25,503 nt of DNA from Caedibacter taeniospiralis (lineage in GTDB: Bacteria; Pseudomonadota; Gammaproteobacteria; Francisellales; Francisellaceae): contig NZ_PGGB02000006.1 of the NCBI RefSeq assembly GCF_002803295.2, positions 65,519-91,021 on the forward strand, given 5' to 3'. Positions within the stretch are counted from its first letter, which is position 1, and each line of letters starts with the position of its first letter. The notes beneath the pieces are model-generated. The model was not told the DNA's origin, made no database searches, and was given only the letters and a program-made list of their open reading frames with translations. Position numbers and translations under genes: made by a program. Shown piece by piece: positions 16,664-24,452 of the stretch.

Positions 16664-18045
16664 ACTAATAAGTCAACTAATTTTGCTATGTCTCCTGCTC
16701 CTTGCACGAGTATAACATCATTTTGCGCGACAAGCTTATTGAGTAAGTCGCTCGTTTTTTCATTGGTATCGACATAAAAGCAGTTGTGATGTGACTTTTT
16801 TAATTCATTAAATAGATCAATCGCATGCGCCCCATCTATAGGCGCCTCACTGGCTGAATACGTGCGCATTAAAATCAAGACATCTGAATTTTTTAAGCAA
16901 GCAATAAACTCATTGAATAAATCGCGTGTACGTGTGTAGCGATGCGGTTGATAGACATGTATCAAACGGCGTTTGGGAAACTGGATTTGAATAGCATCTA
17001 AGGTGCTTTGAATTTCAACGGGGTGATGTCCATAGTCATCAATCAGGTCAATATTATGCGTGTTAATTGTGGTCTGATAGTGGTTAAAACGGCGATAAAT
17101 GCCTTTGAAGCTAAGCAAGGCTTTTTTAATAAGGTTTACATCAATGCCAAACTTTAAGCAAAGCGCAATCGCAGCCAGAGCATTTTCTGCATTATGCTTG
17201 CCAGGCAATGGACTTGAGAAATTACGTAGTACTTCATCGCCAAAGAAAATGTCAAAATTTGCACAGACGTCGCTTTGCAGGAAGTTTTTAATGTAAACAT
17301 CCATATCTTGCTGTAAGCCATAATGCAGTGCTTGTGGCTTTTGCATTTTAATTCGTTTGATCAATTGGTAGGCACTGCTGCTATCACTGCCGATAAGAAT
17401 TTCACCGCTTACGTTAGGTTGTGTGGCAAATTTTGCAAAGCTGTAAATAAGAAGATCAATTTGATGCTGATAAGTCTGCATATGATCCAGATCAACATTG
17501 CTGATAATAATGTGTTTCGGGTGGATTTTCAGAAAAGAAGCATCGCTTTCATCTGCTTCGATAATCATATATTGAGAGTCGCTGGCATGGGCATGATGGA
17601 CAAAGTTATTGGCAAGTCCGCCATTGATAAAGCTTGGATTAAGTCCTGCCTCATTCATGATATGTGCGATAAGACTTGTAATCGTGGTTTTACCATGAGT
17701 TCCAGTTATTGCAATAAGCTCAGGATAATCTTCGGCTAAAAACGCCAGAAATTCAGCACGGTGAAAAATCGGAATGTTTTGTGCCAATGCCTTTTGATAT
17801 TCTGGATTATCTTTACTCATGGCGGAGGTGTAAATAATGGCATCAGGATGAGATAAGTGATCTGCATGGTGTCCAATAGCGACTTTGGCGCCAAGCTTCT
17901 GAAGTTTGCGGGTTAAGTCGGAACTTTGAAGATCAGAGCCCGAAACGTGGTAACCTTTTTGTAAAGCAAAAATCGCGAGTGCAGACATCCCCATGCCGCC
18001 GATGCCGATAAAATGATAATGTGGTGTTTTATGGTTAATGGTCAC
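16660..18045 (-). CDS. murC: UDP-N-acetylmuramate--L-alanine ligase
   Basis: HFIGIGGMGMSALA, the Mur ligase P-loop ITGTHGKTTITS, IIEADESDASFL, DDYGHHPVEI and QPHRYTRTRDL align motif-for-motif with E. coli MurC as I recall it (not Mpl). The protein is 461 aa. Confidence 0.9.
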   Translation of the reverse strand: MTINHKTPHYHFIGIGGMGMSALAIFALQKGYHVSGSDLQSSDLTRKLQKLGAKVAIGHHADHLSHPDAIIYTSAMSKDNPEYQKALAQNIPIFHRAEFLAFLAEDYPELIAITGTHGKTTITSLIAHIMNEAGLNPSFINGGLANNFVHHAHASDSQYMIIEADESDASFLKIHPKHIIISNVDLDHMQTYQHQIDLLIYSFAKFATQPNVSGEILIGSDSSSAYQLIKRIKMQKPQALHYGLQQDMDVYIKNFLQSDVCANFDIFFGDEVLRNFSSPLPGKHNAENALAAIALCLKFGIDVNLIKKALLSFKGIYRRFNHYQTTINTHNIDLIDDYGHHPVEIQSTLDAIQIQFPKRRLIHVYQPHRYTRTRDLFNEFIACLKNSDVLILMRTYSASEAPIDGAHAIDLFNELKKSHHNCFYVDTNEKTSDLLNKLVAQNDVILVQGAGDIAKLVDLLV

Positions 18046-18232
18046 AATGGTGATTTACTGCGCTAAATCAATACTTGGCAGTAGTTTAATACAAGTAAAG
18101 GCAAAAATATTGGGGAATTTGGTTTTAATTGGGTTAAGGATTTAGCCATTCTTTACACGTGTGATAGGTGCATATCGAAAATTTAGCAGGTAAAATGCTC
18201 GCTAATGTCAGCGGTTGACTGATTATGGTTTA

Positions 18233-19300
18233 ATGACAAGAAGAATAAAAAATTTTTCTCTTTGGATACTAATTAAATTACTGTCTTTTTTTGCAAAAAG
18301 ATCAAAGAGGAGCAAAGAGCATATATTGGTGTTATCTAATACCGCCATGGGTGATACGCTATGGGCAACCGCGGCGCTGCAATATCTGCACGAAACCTCT
18401 CCCAAGACTCGTGTTACCGTGCTGTCATCTGTGATTGGAGGACAGGCTCTACTTAATAACCCTTACATTTATGAGCTCTGGATTGATCAAAAGTCATTCT
18501 CTGGCAAAGTTAGGAACTTCATTGCTATTTTGCGAACGCCATTCTCTGAGACTTTTAACTTTCACACCTCGAAGCGTTTTATTGCTTATGTTGGATATCT
18601 TGGAAGCCCAGGTAGATATTTTGGTATTTATCCTGAGTGTAAAGCTAGCAGTATTCTAACCGGAGGTATCGATTCACCTGAATTTGAAACCTTACATAAA
18701 ATACACATGAGAATAAGGCTGTTAGCAAAGTATTTAAACCTAAACTTACCCAGTCCAGACAATCAATACTATCTTTCAGTTTATCCGCAACAAAAAGATC
18801 AAGAAAAAGCTAAAGTTTTGATAGGCTATGCTCAAAGTAAAAAATATATATTCATTCAGCCAGGGGCGAGTTTTAAGGAAAAACAATGGCATCCTGATTT
18901 TTTTAGACAGGTAGTCATATGGCTTGACCAAAATGAGTTTTACTGTGTTTTTGCAGGTAATCAAAGAGAATGTGAACTGATAGAAACGATTACTAAAGGT
19001 TGTAAAAATGTACTGAAGCTAGGCAGTCATAACACGGTAATGGAGCTTGCAGCAGTCATTGATCTGTGTGAACTAGTTGTCACCAATGACACTGGTCCTA
19101 TGCATATTGCTGAAGCACTCAATAAAGCCATGCTATGCTTCTTTTGGGAGAATCACGTAATCCCTGCAAAGCCTATTACGAAGAATCGGTTAAAAATCTA
19201 TGAAAGTAAAAAGACTTCAGATTACATCATAGAGCCAGAACCAGAAGAGGTTATTGCTGATATACAAAGCTTTTTAAGCGAGCGGCAAAAGCTTTATTAA
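18233..19300 (+). CDS. Glycosyltransferase family 9 (LPS heptosyltransferase-like)
   Basis: ILVLSNTAMGDTLWATAALQYL and the C-terminal LVVTNDTGPMHIAEAL are hallmark GT9 motifs. I moved the start to ATG 18233; the ORF track start at 18215 is a TTG. Confidence 0.8.
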   Translation: MTRRIKNFSLWILIKLLSFFAKRSKRSKEHILVLSNTAMGDTLWATAALQYLHETSPKTRVTVLSSVIGGQALLNNPYIYELWIDQKSFSGKVRNFIAILRTPFSETFNFHTSKRFIAYVGYLGSPGRYFGIYPECKASSILTGGIDSPEFETLHKIHMRIRLLAKYLNLNLPSPDNQYYLSVYPQQKDQEKAKVLIGYAQSKKYIFIQPGASFKEKQWHPDFFRQVVIWLDQNEFYCVFAGNQRECELIETITKGCKNVLKLGSHNTVMELAAVIDLCELVVTNDTGPMHIAEALNKAMLCFFWENHVIPAKPITKNRLKIYESKKTSDYIIEPEPEEVIADIQSFLSERQKLY

Positions 19301-20326
19301 ACTTTCAATGTGCGTAGACCAGTCTAGTTTCTGTTTACTAATGTAATCATCATCCAGTTGCCATTGTTTTTCTTTGGCTGCTGTCAACGAATTTACAATA
19401 TGATAAGCATTTGGTTGTGCGAGCAACATGCTGTTTTGTGAATTTACCAGCACTTTCGCGCCAACGTTTCCTGATAAGATAACGGGTCTACCGATTTGTA
19501 GTGCTTCAACCACAACTAAGCCAAATGGCTCATAGATTGAGGGGACAAGCACAACATCGGTCGCGGCATAGTATTCTTCAATATTTTCAACGACACCAAA
19601 ATGCTTAGCATTCGCGGGGAGCGGGAGTTTACAGGTTTTACCAAAGATTATTAAATAATAAGGTGTTCCCAGTACTTCAATTGCTTTAATGGCCTCGGGT
19701 ACTCCTTTTCTACTATCTTCTGTTCCTGCTATGAATACGAGGTAAGCATCCTGTGGCAGCCCAAGCTTTGCTCTAAACTCAGCCTTTTTATCACAGCTAG
19801 TGAAGCTGAAATGATTAAGATCAACAGGTGGAAATAGCATCGTGATTTTCGCAGCTACATTCAGTCCATAGCTATTGATTTCATCGACCATTAGTGGTGA
19901 GTGGGCAATAATGCCCTTAGCATTTTTATAGTGCTGTTTCTCAAGAAAAATTTCAATACGATCATAAATGCCATTTTTCTTGCCCATTATGATATTGTGC
20001 TGTTGGTGTGTGCCTCCAACAATGGCAAGGGTCGGGTTAAAAATACGTGCAGTTGAAATATTAGGTGTATTTTGATTTCTGGTTTTTAGAAACACTTTCA
20101 TGGCAAATAAGATATATGTGAGAAAGCGCGGAAATTTACTCAGGATTTTACTTTGGTGAACAGTGATATTTTGATTGTTGGCAAACATTTTACCGTCGTA
20201 CTTCAGACAATAGACATTAATTGTGTAGTAAACGGATAACCGTTCTGCCAGTTCACAAATATAGCGTTCCATGCCGCCACCAAGTTTGATGCTGGGAGTG
20301 ATTATATTTATATTATTTCGCTTCAT
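19274..20326 (-). CDS. Glycosyltransferase family 4 (GT-B, retaining)
   Basis: It has the N-terminal GGGMERYICELAERL and the C-terminal EX7E region PSIYEPFGLVVVEAL. It is the last gene of the minus-strand LPS operon, and its 3' end overlaps the GT9 3' end by 27 nt. Confidence 0.85.
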   Translation of the reverse strand: MKRNNINIITPSIKLGGGMERYICELAERLSVYYTINVYCLKYDGKMFANNQNITVHQSKILSKFPRFLTYILFAMKVFLKTRNQNTPNISTARIFNPTLAIVGGTHQQHNIIMGKKNGIYDRIEIFLEKQHYKNAKGIIAHSPLMVDEINSYGLNVAAKITMLFPPVDLNHFSFTSCDKKAEFRAKLGLPQDAYLVFIAGTEDSRKGVPEAIKAIEVLGTPYYLIIFGKTCKLPLPANAKHFGVVENIEEYYAATDVVLVPSIYEPFGLVVVEALQIGRPVILSGNVGAKVLVNSQNSMLLAQPNAYHIVNSLTAAKEKQWQLDDDYISKQKLDWSTHIESLIKLLPLA

Positions 20327-21620
20327 TTTTTGTCTTGGTTTGAGTCGAGCTGCTTATGCCGATTGTAAGTAGGAGAGCGCAAAATAGGAATAAATTTTTT
20401 GCGGAAGTGTGTTCTACAAGACCCAACACAAAAGTATTTCCAATGATTCCAAAAGCAATAGCTATGGAAAGTACACCTAAAAAAGAGTTGTTGTTAGCTG
20501 TTTTTTTGCAAGCCAATAGAAAGGTAATTACAAACATAGCAAAAAGAACTAAACCGATTATCCCACTTTCATAAAAGACCGCCAAAAACTGTGGCTCGTC
20601 ATGGAAATAACTAAAGACTTTTTGATGGTTTTCAAATTCTTGGCGACCTATAATTTCAGGAGCATGATGGTTAGCTAAAAATTGCTGGTACACTTTATTT
20701 CCATATCCAGTCCCAAAGAGAATGGAGGTATGCTCAAAAAATATAGGTGCTCGAGTTTCGATTATTGCAACTCGTCCTGAGGAAAAGTCGTTACCTAAAA
20801 AACTTTGGTCAACTTTGCCGTGAACTGTAGGGTTAAAATGGTAAATCACGGAGATAGTGGCTACCAAGATAACAGTAACCACCGCTATGAAAAGCAACAT
20901 TTTTTTAACTGAGACAGCCCTGTATGTGTAGATAAGAAACAAAATTAGCTCCGCTGTAATAGTCAAAAATGATCCTCTTCCACCTGATAATATGACAATG
21001 CTATAAATAGCAATGCTTAAAAAAATCACATAATACAAATACCATTTTTGTTTAAATATCGATACCGACGAAAGTAAGCATGGAAAAAGTAATGTTATGG
21101 GGTAAACATAACCGTATCTGAAGGCTAAATAAAGTGGCTCTGGGACGCCCTGAACTAGCAAGGGTGCAAGGTATGACTTAAAGGGCATGATGAGACACAA
21201 CATTGTAAGGGTGACAATCAAAATGATTAATATATTTTTTGCAACATCTTGTTTTAAGATAAAGAGTGTAAATAATGCAATGTATAGAATAATGGCATAG
21301 CGAATGTCTTCATAAACAGCCTGTATTGAATCGCTTCGCATATTGTTGTAGGTAAAAAAATATGAGGAGATAAATAAAAAAAGAACATAGGCTAAAAAAG
21401 TGATGTACAAATTCTTATTCTTTTCCCAGCTTGAGTGCAGAAGGTGTGTTATGTTAGATGTTGAGCCATAAAGTACCAGCACTATTAGTGATAGCGCAAA
21501 TGCACTATAAGCACCTATGGTAAGGAATGCCGTATTGTGATAACTAAAATAACCACAAAACATAAGTAGCAAGAAAAACCAAATTAATAAACTAAAAGCT
21601 GGTTTAATATGTTTTTTCAT
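20313..21620 (-). CDS. O-antigen ligase family (WaaL/Wzy_C-like) polytopic membrane protein
   Basis: It has at least 10 hydrophobic segments. LSGGRGSFLTI and HDEPQFLAVFYESGIIGL match the Wzy_C pattern (H--yL--l-E-GiiG). It is embedded between glycosyltransferase genes. Confidence 0.8.
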   Translation of the reverse strand: MKKHIKPAFSLLIWFFLLLMFCGYFSYHNTAFLTIGAYSAFALSLIVLVLYGSTSNITHLLHSSWEKNKNLYITFLAYVLFLFISSYFFTYNNMRSDSIQAVYEDIRYAIILYIALFTLFILKQDVAKNILIILIVTLTMLCLIMPFKSYLAPLLVQGVPEPLYLAFRYGYVYPITLLFPCLLSSVSIFKQKWYLYYVIFLSIAIYSIVILSGGRGSFLTITAELILFLIYTYRAVSVKKMLLFIAVVTVILVATISVIYHFNPTVHGKVDQSFLGNDFSSGRVAIIETRAPIFFEHTSILFGTGYGNKVYQQFLANHHAPEIIGRQEFENHQKVFSYFHDEPQFLAVFYESGIIGLVLFAMFVITFLLACKKTANNNSFLGVLSIAIAFGIIGNTFVLGLVEHTSAKNLFLFCALLLTIGISSSTQTKTKNEAK

Positions 21621-22735
21621 TGATCTATGATTTCCTTTAGTTTTAGTCGTGCAACTTCTGTGCTAAATTTCATAATTTGATTTTCATCAAAACCGTAAAT
21701 AACTTTCTGATGGAGGAAACTATTAATTGTTTTGGCAAGGGTAGGTGCGTCATTTATTGGAACAAGCCACCTTGTCAAGTTATCTGAAAGAATTTCTCTG
21801 GGACCTGAGGCACAGTCAGTACTGATTATTGGCGTTCCACAAATTAGTGATTCAACTAGTACATTGCCAAAACCTTCAAAATCCGAACTTAAAACAAAAA
21901 CTTCAGCCTGCTTAAACCATGGATAAGGATTCTGGTGAAATGGAATGATATGGATTTTATGACCTTTAGGATGCTTGGCTACCATCTCGGATAATTGTTG
22001 ATTTGGTTGAGTAATCATCACGAGATCAATATCACAAGTAAGCTGTGCAAAAGCCTCCAATAAGATATCTTGTCTTTTTTGCGCAAGATCGAAGCGTGCA
22101 ACATGCAAAATGTAAGGCTGCTTGATCGGTGGTAGATATTCAGAAGCTTTTTCCCTTATGTGGTTAAAATCAAAAAAATTATAGAGAATATGCAGTTTTT
22201 GGGGTTTAACTCTAAATAATTCTGTTAAAGATGTGGCGGCTCCTTGTGATACCGAAATCACATTTCTATTGTTGTAATACTTATAAACTTTGTGCCTAAG
22301 CTTAACTGCCTTTTTTTGAGCCTTAGCTAAGAGGTTTTTATATGGAATTGTGTAGTCAAAATGCAGGTAATAAAATGTTTTTGCCTCTAACTCTCTGTTA
22401 AGCCATGATCTGACGGTTAAAAAGTTAGAAAAAATACACTTGAAGTGGTGGGTTTTATCAAGTCTATGGATTGCGTGAGCATACCATTTCTCGTATAGAT
22501 ATTTAGATCTCAACCAGTTGGGCACTTTGGCATCATGTAAGATAATATCTTCTGGTAGTTCAAATTCAATATTGGTCCTTAAAGTCAATATATGCACGTT
22601 GTAGTCCATAGCGCGAAGCAGGTTGGTCAAGTTTACTAATACACGTTCTGAGCCACCAATAACCAGCGTGTGACTAAGCAGTAAAACGTTCTTTGATGTT
22701 GTAACTTGTGTGGTCAGTGTATTTTGCTTATTCAT
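21617..22735 (-). CDS. Glycosyltransferase family 4
   Basis: It has the N-terminal LVIGGSERVLVNLTNLL and the C-terminal EX7E region SSDFEGFGNVLVESL. There are 4-nt ATGA-type overlaps at both ends. Confidence 0.85.
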   Translation of the reverse strand: MNKQNTLTTQVTTSKNVLLLSHTLVIGGSERVLVNLTNLLRAMDYNVHILTLRTNIEFELPEDIILHDAKVPNWLRSKYLYEKWYAHAIHRLDKTHHFKCIFSNFLTVRSWLNRELEAKTFYYLHFDYTIPYKNLLAKAQKKAVKLRHKVYKYYNNRNVISVSQGAATSLTELFRVKPQKLHILYNFFDFNHIREKASEYLPPIKQPYILHVARFDLAQKRQDILLEAFAQLTCDIDLVMITQPNQQLSEMVAKHPKGHKIHIIPFHQNPYPWFKQAEVFVLSSDFEGFGNVLVESLICGTPIISTDCASGPREILSDNLTRWLVPINDAPTLAKTINSFLHQKVIYGFDENQIMKFSTEVARLKLKEIIDQ

Positions 22736-23574
22736 GGACTAGTTTGGTCTCCAAGAATGCTTTCCATCGCACATTTTCTATTGCTTGTTTTAACCTCATT
22801 CAGTAGTTTAAGATTGCCTTCTTCTTGTGAGCGATCTGCTTCTTTATGCCAAAGATGCAAAACTGCTGTGGCAAAATAGCCTGATTTTCTTCTGATGCCT
22901 TTATTGATGAGGCGAATCATCAAATCAGAGTCTTCATAACCCCAGCCTGAAATTTTTTCTTCAAAGCCGTGCACCGTCAATAAATCTTGCCGCCAAAACG
23001 CCATATTGCAACCTTTGGCCTTTTGCCATGCGCAACAGTGCTTGTATCGCGCTTTACTGGCTAAATTAAACGTAAGTAACGTATGCCAGCGATTAATGTG
23101 TTTTAAAAACCGGTGCCACAGCCAGTACAATAGGCTTTTGGTTGAAACATCAGTTTGGGTGTTAAGGAGATAAGTAGTATATTTACTGTTTAAAAGAACA
23201 CGGTTGCCTGCGACGTAATATTCAGACTCCGCTAATAAGCGATGATTGTGTATGAAGTTTGGTCTAGAAATGCAGTCACCATCAATAAAAATCAGGTAAT
23301 TGCCTGCGGCAGCAGCAATCCCCATATTGCGAGATCTTGATAGGCGAAACCCTTTATCTTCTTGCCATAAATGCTGTAACGGAAATTTTGCTTGAGTTTT
23401 AAACGCGTTGATCATTTCTTTGGTTTCATTAGTCGAACCATCATCAACAATGATCACTTCAAAGTTTTTGTCGGTTTGATTATTTAATGAGGTCAATACA
23501 AGTCGAAGCGCTTCTGGCCAGTTGTAAGTGGAGACAACGACAGAAATAAGCCCCTGGTAAATATTACTTTGCAT
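22732..23574 (-). CDS. Glycosyltransferase family 2 with a galactosyltransferase-like C-terminal segment
   Basis: ISVVVSTYNWPEALRLVLTSLNNQTDKNFEVIIVDDGSTNET, FIDGDC (a DxD-like motif) and GWGYEDSDLMIRL (resembling Glyco_transf_7C) are present. Confidence 0.85.
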   Translation of the reverse strand: MQSNIYQGLISVVVSTYNWPEALRLVLTSLNNQTDKNFEVIIVDDGSTNETKEMINAFKTQAKFPLQHLWQEDKGFRLSRSRNMGIAAAAGNYLIFIDGDCISRPNFIHNHRLLAESEYYVAGNRVLLNSKYTTYLLNTQTDVSTKSLLYWLWHRFLKHINRWHTLLTFNLASKARYKHCCAWQKAKGCNMAFWRQDLLTVHGFEEKISGWGYEDSDLMIRLINKGIRRKSGYFATAVLHLWHKEADRSQEEGNLKLLNEVKTSNRKCAMESILGDQTSP

Positions 23575-24328
23575 TCTGCTGTTTTTCCCACAATTTCACA
23601 TATTTAAAATATGAACCATAGGCAGAAAGCTTGGCAATTAAGTACCCCCTTGAACCATCTAAAAAGCCCAAGCGGAAGATAAATCCACGCAAAAAAGTCC
23701 AGTGTTTATGAAAACAGGCGCTAATGAGTGATGTTTTTTTACTTTTTTGCCACAGAATGGTCGAAGTGCCATCACTGTAGTCGTTCATTTTTTTTAAAGA
23801 ACTGGCAACACTGTCCTGTGAGTGATGAATAAGCTCCCCTGTCAAGCTTCCTGCGTGTTTCTTTGAAACATCCAGTTTGGCATGGACAATATCATGTGTC
23901 CATTGATGTTTTGTGTGATCAAACAGACGGACGATCCAGTCCTTGCCCCAGTCACCATGGCAAATCATCTTACCTAAAAAGAACGACCTGCGATGCATTT
24001 TATAAAAGCTATACCTGGGATGTTCCAGTGCATCCTTAATGGATTTTGCTAACTCGGGAGTAACTTCTTCATCAGCGTCAAGGACAAGTCCCCAGCTCGT
24101 AGTAAGCTTGGAAATACCAAAGTGTTTTTGTGGTCCATCTCCTGGCCAGTGTCTTTCGATGATGTTAGCACCATATCTTCTAGCAATCTCAATCGTTTTA
24201 TCCGTGCTGCCAGAATCCACAACAATGATTTCATCCGCCCATTTAATAGATTCAAGGCAACGCGCGATATTTTTTTCTTCGTTTTTAGTAATAATGACAA
24301 CGCCAAGCGTATTATTGTGTTTGGGCAT
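23564..24328 (-). CDS. Glycosyltransferase family 2 (KdtX/WaaE-like LPS core glycosyltransferase)
   Basis: LGVVIITKNEEKNIARCLESIKWADEIIVVDSGSTDKT and LDADEE (DxD) are present. I chose ATG 24328 as the start. The ORF track start at 24343 is a TTG immediately preceded by an in-frame TGA. Confidence 0.85.
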   Translation of the reverse strand: MPKHNNTLGVVIITKNEEKNIARCLESIKWADEIIVVDSGSTDKTIEIARRYGANIIERHWPGDGPQKHFGISKLTTSWGLVLDADEEVTPELAKSIKDALEHPRYSFYKMHRRSFFLGKMICHGDWGKDWIVRLFDHTKHQWTHDIVHAKLDVSKKHAGSLTGELIHHSQDSVASSLKKMNDYSDGTSTILWQKSKKTSLISACFHKHWTFLRGFIFRLGFLDGSRGYLIAKLSAYGSYFKYVKLWEKQQNAK

Positions 24329-24370
24329 AGAGAATAGTCGCAAATTTCAATGCTGCGCATGATAGCATAT

Positions 24371-24433
24371 TGAATGTTGAATGTTGAATGTTGAATGTTG
24401 AATGTTGAATGTTGAATGTTGAATGTTGAATTC
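24371..24433. repeat. Heptanucleotide microsatellite TGAATGT x8 perfect plus a 5/7 partial copy (ACATTCA/TTCAACA on the minus strand)
   Basis: Counted directly from the sequence. It lies in the 124-nt gap between the halogenase-like gene stop (24453) and the GT2 ATG (24328), and its proximal end is 42 nt from the ATG. Confidence 0.95.
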
Positions 24434-24452
24434 AAAATTGAGACTTAAGCAG

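Noticed and set aside
17323-17739. A 138-aa plus-strand ORF inside murC, and similar nested or antisense ORFs (1322-1525, 2311-2538, 4620-4871, 4987-5211, 6345-6551, 6557-6850, 9088-9327, 9742-10118, 15029-15232, 16095-16358, 17099-17296, 18223-18964, 20356-20574, 21732-21926, 24039-24362, 24968-25196).
   Set aside because: All lie wholly within confidently identified genes, on the opposite strand or out of frame. Their composition is low-complexity or unrecognisable, and no motifs are present.
15479-24433. Whether the two tandem repeats (the 12-mer at 15479-15550 and the 7-mer at 24371-24433) could be CRISPR arrays.
   Set aside because: The units are directly adjacent with no spacers and are far shorter than CRISPR repeats. 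No cas genes are present.
24049-24435. A 128-aa minus-strand ORF that reads through the heptamer repeat as MNSTFNIQHSTFNIQHSTFNIQ..., together with the idea that a change in repeat number could fuse an upstream start in frame to the GT2 gene.
   Set aside because: It starts at a TTG with no RBS. It is simply the 7-mer read with 21-nt periodicity, and it overlaps the well-supported GT2 gene in a different frame. The GT2 frame is closed upstream by a TGA at 24347-24349, so no repeat-number change can create a translational fusion.
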